A stretch of 64,000 nt of DNA, from positions 14,955 to 78,954 of the forward strand of contig JACQXK010000038.1 of the NCBI GenBank assembly GCA_016208765.1, given 5' to 3'. The notes beneath the pieces were generated by a model, which worked only from the letters and a program-made list of their open reading frames with translations, had not been told where the DNA came from and did not search any database. The translations under genes were made by a program, and so were the position numbers. Origin of the DNA: Candidatus Omnitrophota bacterium (GTDB lineage Bacteria; Omnitrophota; Gorgyraeia; Gygaellales; Profunditerraquicolaceae). This document shows, in pieces, positions 1 to 12,000 of the stretch (positions within the stretch are counted from its first letter, which is position 1; every line of letters starts with the position of its first letter).

Positions 1-3000
1 CATTTTTACATTATTCTCCACCTCAAGCTGGGAGAGTTGTTTATATACATCAGGGATCAGGATTGTTTCGTATTGATCAATAATACCTGTGTAATAGTTA
101 ACTAAAAACTGATTATGAGCCTGTTCTGCCTGCGTGCGTAATGCCTTATACTGATTTACCTCGGACTGATAAGTAGCAATTTGTGCTAAGAGCGCCGGCC
201 TCCATGAATTTCTGTCATCTATTTCTTTTTGCAGATCAACCATGGTTTTGTCCAGATTCTGGTCTAAATCAGCAAGGCTTACTGTCCTTTTTCCGCCCAT
301 TTCAATTTCTATCTGCCTTCTCCAAAACTCAAGGCCGTCAACTAAATCAGAATAAAATCTCAACCTATCCTCAGTAACAGCATCGGCAGCAATGGCCTGA
401 TAAATATCGCTAAACCCGCGCAGCTCGCGGCGCATCTGCATCAGCTTAAACACCTCATCCCAATACATATTAGTTAATCTTGTCAGATGATCTGCTTTTG
501 CATTTGGATCCCTTCTTGCCGCATCTTCAAACGGCTTATCTCCCTCTAAGACAGGAAGCATTTCTCCTTCTTTTACCCCAAAAGGCTGGGTGGCAAGCCT
601 GCTGAAATCATTTTCCACCACAGCTTCATTGCTTAAATAATCCTGGTCTTTGGCGAATTCTATAATACCGGCTCCCAAAGGACTGGCTTTTTCATCATAA
701 TACCAGCGCAGCGCTGTTCCTGTGGTAAGCTCAATCTTTAAACCGTTATCAAATCTGATTTCTTCCGGCTCGCCGACAATTTCAATATTAACCAATTCTT
801 TTTTATCATAAATAAACTGTGTGGGAATTCTTGGGCTGGTGCTGTAAACTATAGCTATAGGAACATTGATCTCTTTCTCAGCAATAACCAAAACTTTTTC
901 TCCGTCTATCTCAACATACCTTGTTCCGGCGGAAAACACAATTTCCCTTCTTCCTGACTTAAACTTAAATTCCTTACCGGCAACCTTAACCTGCAAGCCC
1001 TGATCCCCTGTCCTGATATCAACATTATCCCCGTCAAAAAGCACCGCGAATTTCTGCTTGCCGGTTTCTCCCATTTCCATCGCCCAGCGTATCAATGCCA
1101 AGTTAAGTGACGGCATCTTCACATTACCTGCATAAGGATCAAGCGGCAGGCCCTTGGCATCATAAACAACAGGAGGAATATCTTGTTCCCTTCTTACCTC
1201 GTAAACTTCTCCGGTGACCGGATTGACTTCCGCGCCAAACTTGCCTTCCTGTATGGAGTTAACGTAGTTACGCGCATAATTAAGCCTTAATATGGAAGGC
1301 AGGACAATTGCCTCACCGTCGTGCATATACCAGCCCACATCCTGAAGGAATTTCCTGGTTTCCTCTTCAAACATCAGGGTTTCGCTAATGATCTCATATT
1401 CCCTGGAGGAAAGATTGTGTTTAACAATATACTGATACTTGCCCTGACGGATGGCGAAATAAACGTCATCTGCGTTTTTATTAAAAAATGCCTGGCGATA
1501 CGCCAAAAGCTGCTGCGTCCCCAGGAAAACAATGGCTTTATAGTCCTTGCGTTCAAAAGGAGATTTTAAATGAAGCAGCCTGGATATTACATTGGTTACC
1601 TTTTCCCACGGGAAATCCACTTTTACAGGCGTAACTGTTTCTTCTTCTGAACCCTTGATTACCCTGCCTGTTTTAGGATCATAGCGCATATTCAGCAGTG
1701 CTTTTGGCCAGGCAGCGCTTAAAATACCCGCATTAAATTCCCTGCCGTCTAAATACATGATCCCGCCGCGCTCTTCAAGCTTTTCCATTTTTGGCGCTGA
1801 ATAAAGATCAATTATTGCATCTGCCGCAGCCAAAGTCCCGATAATGCTGATTCCATTCTTGCTTAACCCATAAACATTATTTAAAAGTGAAGGTATTGCC
1901 CCGTATTTACCGCCCAATTGCAGGCCTATGCCAAGGTTACAATCATCGCCAAAAAGCGGGAAGGAGCCAAAGTTAAAGGAAAACAGCGAATTAAATAATC
2001 CGCCCGGGCCGATCTTTATGATCGGAGCCAGATTTATAAGATCTTCTCTTTCTTTCTCAGTCATGGCCAATCTTTCCTGGATTTCTTTCACCCACGATTG
2101 AGCGCCATAAAGCGACCTGACCATATCAAATACCGCATATTCAGCCTGCTTTAAACGGTAGGTCTCCTCGCTAAAGCTAAAATTCTTAAGCATTGAATCT
2201 AAATTCCCTGCATTGATCTTCGCCCCGGAACAATGCGGGTCAAAAATGTTTGCGCCAGACTGCGCAAGCAAATTCCAAAGGCTTGAAACTAACGCTCTGC
2301 CTCTTGAGGTGCTCCAGCCAAAATATGTAGAAACATCCGGCTCAGTAGCATACTCCAACATACCATTTACTGCAGCCCTGTTTTGTGAATCAAGCAAGCG
2401 GCGGGAAAGTTTTACTCTGCCTGTTTTAGCTGCTGCCAATGCCGCAAAACTTGTCCATTCAAAAGTTACTACCTGTTTTTGATCTAACCTTGCCCTGCCA
2501 AAAGGAAGTCCTTCAACCTTAATTTTTTCCCCTTGTTTCCTATAGTCAACTTTAATTACCTGCCCCTCAACAAAATCCAGCATCTGTTCTTGAGCAGGCC
2601 CGGCAATACCCGCAAGTATCGCCCATGAATTAAGATCGTTGGCATAATCCGTGTCCCAAGTGTTAGTGTCAATACGATAGCCAACTTTGAAATAACCTTC
2701 CTGTGTAATATAAGCCGCAGTCAAGTAATCTTGCAGGCTGTTGCGCACAAGCTTATAATCAACATCGCCGGTTAAAGCATATAATTGATTAAATGCCGCA
2801 TAAGAGGAAATTTGATGCTCGGTAGAAACCACATTATAAAGATCAAGATAATCTTCTTTATTATTGGTGAATCTGAACATCGTCATTCCATTTGCGCTTG
2901 TTAATAAATTCTTCTGCATAAACCTTGCGATATTTTCTGCCACATGGCGGTATGTGCCGTCTCCGCTTGTTCTTTCATAATTACACAAAGCAATGATCAT

Positions 3001-6000
3001 ATGCGCAAGCGGGCCGGCACTCTTATTTTCTATGTGGCGCAGGTCGGAAAGGATATAGGCATTGTAAAAACCATTTTTCCCATCACCAAAGAAACGAGTA
3101 AAAAGCCTTAATAACTCTGCAGCTTTTTTATTCTCTCCGGCAAATGTCAGGGCATCAATCAGCACTGCAAAATCATACAGGTATGTTTTGCCGAATTCCG
3201 CCGGGTCGTCTGCAAATGAAACAGGCATTAACTCAAGAAATGCCTTGCGCTGCGCGTCATATCTGGAAATCTTCAGGTATTTCTCGTATTTGGCTGTTTT
3301 CTTCTTAAGTTCAAACTCGCCTTTTTCAACGCGGATATAAGAAGCTTTTCTGGCAATTGTGGTTTCTAAGCCCCTGATTTGCTCTAATACCTGTTCCTTT
3401 GCTGCTTCAAAAGCGCGGAAAGCCTTAATATAATCCCAAAAACCATTATATTTTTTGTCCCATGACTTCGGGCTTTTTAACAGATGGACCCTTGCCTTTA
3501 AAGCTTCAAGGTCTGTTGAGATTGTTTGTAATGGAATCAGGAGATCGTCTGCTTTCTTGGTAAGATCAAGCTCTCTTGGGATCCTGCGCCCTAAAGCAGC
3601 TAATGCCTGCGGCACGCTTCCTAAATCCCTGATACCTGAATAATCAAGAGGCTTATAAGGCGCTGGTTTTGGCTTTGGCGTAACTGCCGGTTCTGGGGAA
3701 GCTTTAGCGCCTGTTGTTGGCCCGGATTTAACAGCTTGGTCTGCTGGTTGAGGCTGAGCTGTCTGCGCAGGAGCTGCTGTCCTTGCTGATACAGGTATTT
3801 TAATTTGCCTTTCCGGGAATATACGATTAGGATTCGCTCCAATTACGCCCTTATTATAATCATACAAATCCTGCCACTTGATCCCATATCTTATGGCGAT
3901 TTTGGAAACAGTATCACCGGATTTAATTGTATAGATAATATCTGCGGGTGCGGCTGGTGCTTGACGAGGAACAGCTACTGGGTCAGGCCTTCTTGCTACC
4001 GGAGCAGGCGCAGGAACTGCCGCGGGAACTGCTGCGGCAAAAGCCTCGGTGGCGCCTAAAGAATTGAGGAATAATGCTGAAGCTAAAACAACTGCTTTAG
4101 CTTTCTGTCCAAAGGTATTGTTGGCTTGTTTTGCAGGTGGAGCGCGCGACATAGTGGTTTCTACCGGAACCTGTCCTGGAACTTTTACACCTTTATTTAT
4201 TACAACCTGGGCTGGAGCCTTAGGCGCAGCAACAATTTGCCTGTCTTGCGCCTTTGTGCCCTGCTCTTCTTGCTGCCTGATCTGATCGCGAATGTCAATG
4301 CTGTTTGCAGGCTCAGTTACAGGCACTGCAGGTTTCTTATCCTTAAGCTCTGCTAATTCATCATAAGCCTGCTGCAAAGCTGTTTCTCTGAACATCTCCG
4401 CTTCCTGCCCAGATACTCCGCCAAAACCCTGCGCGCTTAATTCTGCCATAAATTCTTCTGTAGTTGCTCTTTCCAATCTATAAACTTTTCTCTGCGCCAA
4501 AAACAACTCTAATGCATGCTTTTGTTTTCTTAACCCTTCAAGCTTAACTGCGCCTTTTTCATTATTTATTTCCAGCTCTAATAAAGCAATCCTGCGGCTG
4601 AGCTGATTATCTTCTGATTTTTCTTTTGCGCTATTATTCTCCCTGAGAACCTCATCCTGCAAGTCCAGATCTACAATGCGCGCCAAGATCATAAATCTCT
4701 CTTTTTGCACATCGTCTGCCTGGGCCAAAGCCTTAAATTTATACTCAACGCTCATAAGCATAAGCCGGCGCGCTCTTTCACTTATCCCCTCCTGAGCTTT
4801 AACTGCTCTCACAGAAAATGCATGACGGATATTTAATAAATTTTTAGAATCTTTACCCACCATGCCAAAACCAGAAATTATCTCATCTAAATTCGCGCTT
4901 CTTAACAGCCTTCTTAAATCATCTGCGGAATTAATACGCACGCGATAAACCCTATCAATTACCCTGATAATATTCGCCCGGCGAGAATGAGAGAAAATTC
5001 TGTCAAAATTAAACCTGCCTTTAAAAGACTCTAATAACTTAGCTGTTTCATTCCTGTCTAATTCTTTACTAAGAGGTTTTCTTCCCACATACAAAGCGTG
5101 GAAATCATCCAGATTTAAACCGCCGGGTAAAATATGGCCGTCTTTATTTTTTAATATTTGGCCATTCTGATACAAAGGATAAAAATTATACGCAGTAGCA
5201 AATATGCCGGGCTCTTTATTGCCGCTAACCAAAGAATATGCAAATTCTGTCAAATCTGCTCCGACAAACTGATTCACCGAATTTAAAGCGTGGCTGCCCC
5301 AGCTAATTGCGCCATTCTCGCCTTCAAGGCTTCTGCCGATAATATCCAGCTCCGTGCCGCCGAAATGCTTTAACACCGGATGTTCTGCCAAGAACCCGCC
5401 TGACGCAATTACAGCATTAATTTCTGCGCCAATGGTCCACATATAAAGCATGCTGGAGAAAAATTCCCCTGATAAGCTTACCCACAAATTCTTATAAGGA
5501 TCAGCAAAGAAAGCTTTTTTACGAATAGATTGGGCAACATACAACCCCAAACCTAATAATCCAAGCGGCAACAATACCGGGAATTTTAACATTAATACAA
5601 TCGGCGTAACTACTGCCAAGATAACTGCCAAAGCAACTATATCAGCCTTAAGATAAAGCCATTGCCTGCTGGAAATCCTGGCTACTTTTTTACCCAGCCC
5701 GTTCATTACTACCTTCTCAAATAAACTATTTCCCATTGCGCCCCGGGAAATTATATACTCTAGATCGGCCTTAGCCTTTTCACGTACCTGTTCTTTATCG
5801 CTGTTTAATGCCTGGTAATAACTCATCACATTAATGCTTCTTCCAAGCCAAAACTCAATAATCCTGTTACGGATATGTCCTAAATTAATTACCTTGAGCC
5901 CAAAAACAATGGCAAGAGTACCGAAAATATCTCCCGTATGATAACTTAAATGCAAGGCGCTAAGATACGGCTCAAGGAATTTGATTCCGTAAACTGCAGG

Positions 6001-9000
6001 CAATGAATTAATTACTGCATCACCCAGGATAACCGGTGCAAAAATATGTCCTAACAAAGAACTCAACAATATCAATTGTAACCTGCCAAAGAAGAACATT
6101 GTAGTTGCAGACAAAACAGGGAAAGCAACGTTTAACCTGACAAAGAAAAATGCAATATGTAATACGGCCTTGGCCGGCCAACTCAAGTTTGCATATTCAG
6201 CAGCCAATTTCTTTTCAAGATTATTAATAAATTCGGTTTGCGCTGCCTCAAGCTGGTTGTCATGATGCTTAAAAATTAAACCTGTTCTTTCCGCGTTATA
6301 CAACGCGCGGTCAAAAAAGAAGTTGCGTAAAACATTCCAAAGATAAGGCATGGTATACCCCAGCACAGCCGCGATGATGATAAGTTTTACGCTGGCTATT
6401 CCTGAGGTTAATACCACTGCCAAAGATAAACCGATATAAGCTGCGCGGGTCTTTAATGTAAAATGGCGGATACTAAACAGGTCGCGGAAAGAGTGCCTTT
6501 CACCTAAGGTCTTCTGAGTGTGGACAGCCTGATGTGCCAAGCGTAAAGCAATAAGCCTGGTTAATAGCATGCCGAATGCAAGTTTTAGAAATTTAACACC
6601 GCTATACTCTACACCGTGCTTGGTTAAGAAACTTGCAGTTAAAAGCATGCTTATGCCAAGCATAATAACTACTGAAGGCAGTAATTTGGCAAGTAAACCA
6701 GCGCTGATGATTAACGGTGTAATCTTGAGCCCGCCGATAATAAGCAAGGTACCGGCTGCCACATACAATGCCGCAGGCATGGCTTTTTTAAGTGCGGCGG
6801 CAGGAGTGATCTGGGTTTGCGGATTTAGCCGGATATTTTTGCGCGCAGTAAAAGAAGCATACAACAATCCAAAAGAGGCTGCCGATAAGACAACCGGCAA
6901 TAGCGGCAAAAATCCTTTTATGTTGACAAGCAAACCAAACAGAATAATTATAGTTGCAACTGATGCGATCTTTACCGTTTTAACAACTAAATTTCTGACA
7001 CTACTGGACGAACAAATAGTAACCAAACTCCCCACCGGCCCTGCGCGGATAAGGCCCTTGTTTGCAACATCGCTAAGATATTTTCCTGCTCCAAAATTAT
7101 TAAATAACGCCGATGAGCTCTTTGCCGCTTCCTGTGAAGCAATCGCCCCAACCACAGCGCCCACGGGTGAAGACGTGCCCGTCTTTGTCACCATCAGCGC
7201 TCCAACCGGAGAAGAAGACTTAACTATTGCATCAAATGGTTTAGAAAATACATTGCCATTTTTAGAGAAATTAAATGCTTTAAAGAATGCCCCGTCACCA
7301 ATCCTTGGATCCACTACGATGCTTACAGTAGGATTAAAATCTGTGCCATGATATTTTGCTATTTCTTTTTCTTGTTTCCAATCAACTAATATCAAGCTCA
7401 GGAATTTCAGTAATAAAATCGGAGAAAGATACTCATTACGCCTGCTATTTATAACTCCGAAGCAAAAAACAACTATATTATTATTGTTTTCGTCATATCT
7501 ATACACAACGGCTCCTATAGGATGGTCGCCATTGGATTCCTTCTTTCCAAAATCTCTTTCATGCGCAAAGAATACCTTTAATCCGCGCTTAGCCAATACA
7601 GCATGGATATAACTCCTCTCATATCCGATATCTAACAGGATTTTGAATAATACACTGTCTTCTACTATCTTAATATCTCTCTCTCCGGATATGCCATATG
7701 AGCCGCTATATTCTTTTAGCAGCATATGTGCGGAAAATATAGAAGTAAGGACTAAACCGGGTATCTCCACCATATCCCGATATTTATTTTCAAATTCCGC
7801 AACAGCATACCGCATTGTTTCTCCTGCTGTTCCAACAGTATTTCTTGCTTCATTATCTCCATCTATGGTATCAACGAAATTCAAGATGTACTTAACCTGG
7901 TTTTTGAGAAAATTCAGCCTTGGCAAAAGTATCTCTTTTTTAATCTCATCCCATGTGTTATCAGTTAATTTCACCGAAGCTGGAGCACCGGTGATATTCT
8001 TGATAGATTCAACAAATAGAACAGGATCCGGATCAAGATTAGAAGCAATTTCAGCAACAGAAGGTTGTTCCATGCTTAAAACCTCTTCAATAAATTTAAG
8101 CATACTCTGACACCCATCTATTATTTCGCTCTTTATCACATCGGGAGAAGCCAGATACGAAGCATAAGCCGGATCTTGCATAAGTTTAATATTACCAACA
8201 ATCGGCCCTATGGAATTGCCCATAAAATGGTTCAATGTCTTAAAAAATGCCCTAAACAATTCGCTCCAGCCCATCTCAACAACAGCCGAACTGGCTTGCG
8301 TGGTGTTAATTGCCACTACCGCCCCTACTGCAGATGAAGCGGTGACGGCTTTTTTCATCAGGTCAATTATAAAGGCTTCATTATCAGCAAATCTCTTTGT
8401 GAACATCTCAATAAACAAAATGCCTCTTTCTCTGAAAGTAGTCTGTTCCGGATCAACATTCTGATCCCTGGTAATAACCATTATGTAATCTTTCATAAAC
8501 TCCCGGACTACTTCTTCGGCTTTTCTTAGGTTGCGCCCGCGTAAAGTTTCTAAATTCAACAAGAATGTTCCTTTTATATCAATTAAAAGTTCGTTATTAT
8601 CCCTATGGGCCTTAACAAAGTTTGCACCAGCATTAATACTTGCTAACACAAACTCCATTTTCCCGATTTCGCTCTCTATCCAAGCAAAGGCCTCTTTTCT
8701 TTTCTCCGGCTCTGATACTTTTTTAAGACGATATAAAGCCCCATTGATCACGAACATCGCGGCGTTAAGGTCATACTCAGAAATCTTGGTTATTGTCTGG
8801 CACAACATACCAAAAATATCCTGCGCGTCTGTTTTTGTTCTCTTGCGTCCGCCCTCTATACTCTTGCTGAACCCTATGATCAGTTGCTCCAACGCGGTTA
8901 AACCCTTCTTATTATTTTTCTTATATTTAGACAAAGCATCCTTAAATTTATCAAGGGTAACGGTAAATTCGCTCAGGAACACTTTGATCATTTCTTTTGA

Positions 9001-12000
9001 TTCCTCTGAAACGGGCAATTCTCTTGTAACTTCGTCAACACTGGAAGAGGCAACCACCACAGCTCCTACGTTATTGGTTAACGCAGAAGAAGCATGCCCG
9101 GCGGTAACAGCTTCAATAGCCTGATTCCTTAAATTGTTTCTCTGTTTTTTAGTTGCGTTGATAAACCGGGCGTCAAACATCCTTTCAAATAACTCATTAA
9201 GGAATTTCTTTGTTATCTTTGCTCCGGTTTCTCGGGCTAACTTTACAACCTCTTCAAATTCATCTACAAACACATTAAACAACTCTACAACGCCGTCTGA
9301 TTCCTTAAACAATGTGTCACTTAAATCAATTACCGCGCTTGATGAGCCTTCTGTCCTTGCCACAGCTCCGAGATCATTATTCAGGGCGCTTGAGGCCGCT
9401 TTACCGGAGACAGGAGACAGGTGACTGGTGACTGGTGACACGTGACCGGCGACACGATTAGAGCGGCCTTTCTGCGTTGATCTTGTAGACCGGGATCTTG
9501 CCGCGGCAGGCAATGATGAGTCGTTTAAGGACCATATCACGGTCATTATCTGTGAGTATTTCCCAGGAATCTGCCCGGCCATTACGGCTATAGACATTAC
9601 CCGTGCGGTCGTTAATAAGGAAAAGCCGCAAATGACTGTTGTCTCTACCCGCGGCAAAGATAGTTGAGTCTTTAGTGAATTCCACCATGTGGTCAAAATC
9701 AATTTCTGAATAGTTAGGTCTACACATTTTGCACCTCCTGTTAATTTAAAATATGTGGTTAAATTTGATTGTGGCTCTACTGCCACGCTATAGTTTAATA
9801 TTTTAGTAACTGCGTTGGATGCAGATTTAGTTGTCACGCAGGCGCCGAAGGAGGTCAGTCCTTGGAGGGAGGCCTTCTGGCGGCCTGCGTAAACAACAAT
9901 AGCCTTAACTATCGTTCCTGCCACGGAAGGGATAGAATAAGGCTTGGTTAAATTTGTAATCGGGCTGGAAGTTGAACGAGAACGATTTCTTCTAACTGGC
10001 TTTTGATTTCTTAATAAACCCTGCAAACCAACATCTCTTTTACCCATGCTTTCTTTAGGCTCGGCAGTCCAGCGATTATAAAGAACCAAAAGTAACGTGC
10101 CTGCTGCATATGCCAAAATATCATATGGATCATAGGTAAGATTTTTCCAATAAAAGGCGTGAATAAAATTACGGGTAGATTCGTATTTAGTGAGAATCTC
10201 CTGCGCGCTAAGCAAGCTGAAGAAAACCGCCGCCGCAATATTTGCTCCTATAACGCTAATTTGGGTGATCGGTTTAGCCGCCAAACCATTTTCTAACTCG
10301 CTGTTATTTTCTTTAATATACCTTGATAACTCCACAAGCCCCAAAGCAAAACCCATATAAACTGACACATCAAGGAAATTATAGAACCAATTGTGGAAAA
10401 ACCAGTTAAGATTGGCAAAATTAAAAGCAAAATTAAATATTACTATGCTGGATGATAAAGCCGCAAAACGCATATTCTTCCTGATAAAACCATAGAAAGC
10501 TGCGGCAGAGAAACTCACACAGGTTAACGTCCAGAGAATTCCTGATAATGAAAAATCAGCAACAAAAATACTGGAAAGCCCTGAAGAAGCAGTTGTTTTA
10601 GTTGTCACGCAGGCGCCGAAGGAGGTCAGTCCTTGGAGGGAGGCCTTCTGGCGGCCTGCGTAAACAACAATAGCCTCATCTACCATTCCTGCCACGGAAG
10701 GAGTAAAATGAGGCTCGTTAGAAATAAAAGCCGAAATAATCTCTTTTAAATAGTATTTTAATAATTGGTAAATAGAAGACAGGGAAACAGAACTTGAACC
10801 AATCCTGACAACTGCTCCATAATTTACAGGTATTGCGGATGATACAGTTTGATTTAATGGATAATCTGCGGGCGGACCACGGGCACCATACTTTTCAACG
10901 AGAATTTGATTTCTTGTATGAATAGATGAAGACGCACTTTCTCCGATTAACGGAAGTTTATCATCTTCTCGCCTTAAACCAATAATTGCACTACTGGAAC
11001 CTCTGGATTTACCTACAGTTCTTGCTACTGCGCCAACATTTGCTGCAACAGGTAAGCCTGTTTCATTGCTCCTGCTTTCAGCTGCACCTCTGGCACCTAC
11101 GATTGCACCTACTGCACTGCTACCAACTAAAGCTCCTAATTTTCTGCCCGCTTGTCTGTTACCACGACCTGACATTGGGCTAATGCCAGTCGCCACGTTG
11201 ACACCGCCAGCTTGGCCAAACAGCTGCGTACCCGCGACTGTTGACATTATTGCTGACGAAGATACTACCAGTCCTTCCGTGGCGGGTTTAATTACTAAAG
11301 GTAAAGCCGGTGATGATCCAAGCATTTCCGCAAAAGTTCCTAATCCTCCCACTACCGCCCCAATGCTTGTCGGAACAGGCACTCGTGCCGGCGCAACTGG
11401 CAGATTTGCCGGTAATTGATTTTCTGCAGGGCTTTGAACTGGAGAAGAAGCCTGATCCAAAACAGCATCCACATCAATAACTTCTCGCGCAAGATAGCCA
11501 TCAGTAAAAGCAACTATGCGTAGAGGTAACTTAGGGTTATTATTATTGAATAAAGACAGGTCTAAAGACATTCTGCCTTCTAAATCAGACGCAGATTCAA
11601 ATATCATTTCAAGAACTTCTTTTTTCTCATTTTCCGAAGAACCGTTAAACAACTCCACATAACTTTGCAATCCGAATGCAGCGCTATACGAATCAAATGC
11701 GCTAAATTGTCTGCCGCCTTCTCTGCCATAATTATCACCGCTAGTCTTAAAGCTCAATCCTATTATAGCTAAAACAGGATCTGCATCTTTCTTCGCGATA
11801 GCTTCATTAATCCATTTCATCACTTCATTAGAGACGCTATCTAAAACACCTGCTAATTCACGTATTTTATCAACCGAAGCGCCCTCTGCCATCGCCTTAC
11901 CTATATTAGCCCTTGCCTCAACCAACTGCTCTTTTATCGCGGCAAATTTGGCAATTTCTGTTCTATGCTCTGGGGCAAGTTCAATAAACCTCTGGCCGTT

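Noticed and set aside
10011-10238. 75 aa minus-strand alternative-frame ORF
   Set aside because: It has no convincing RBS, and the giant frame encodes a coherent membrane module there.
9826-10720. Integron attC sites or a CRISPR array
   Set aside because: There are only two copies 771 bp apart, the ends are GTT...AAC rather than RYYYAAC...GTTRRRY, and no integrase or cas genes are present in the window.
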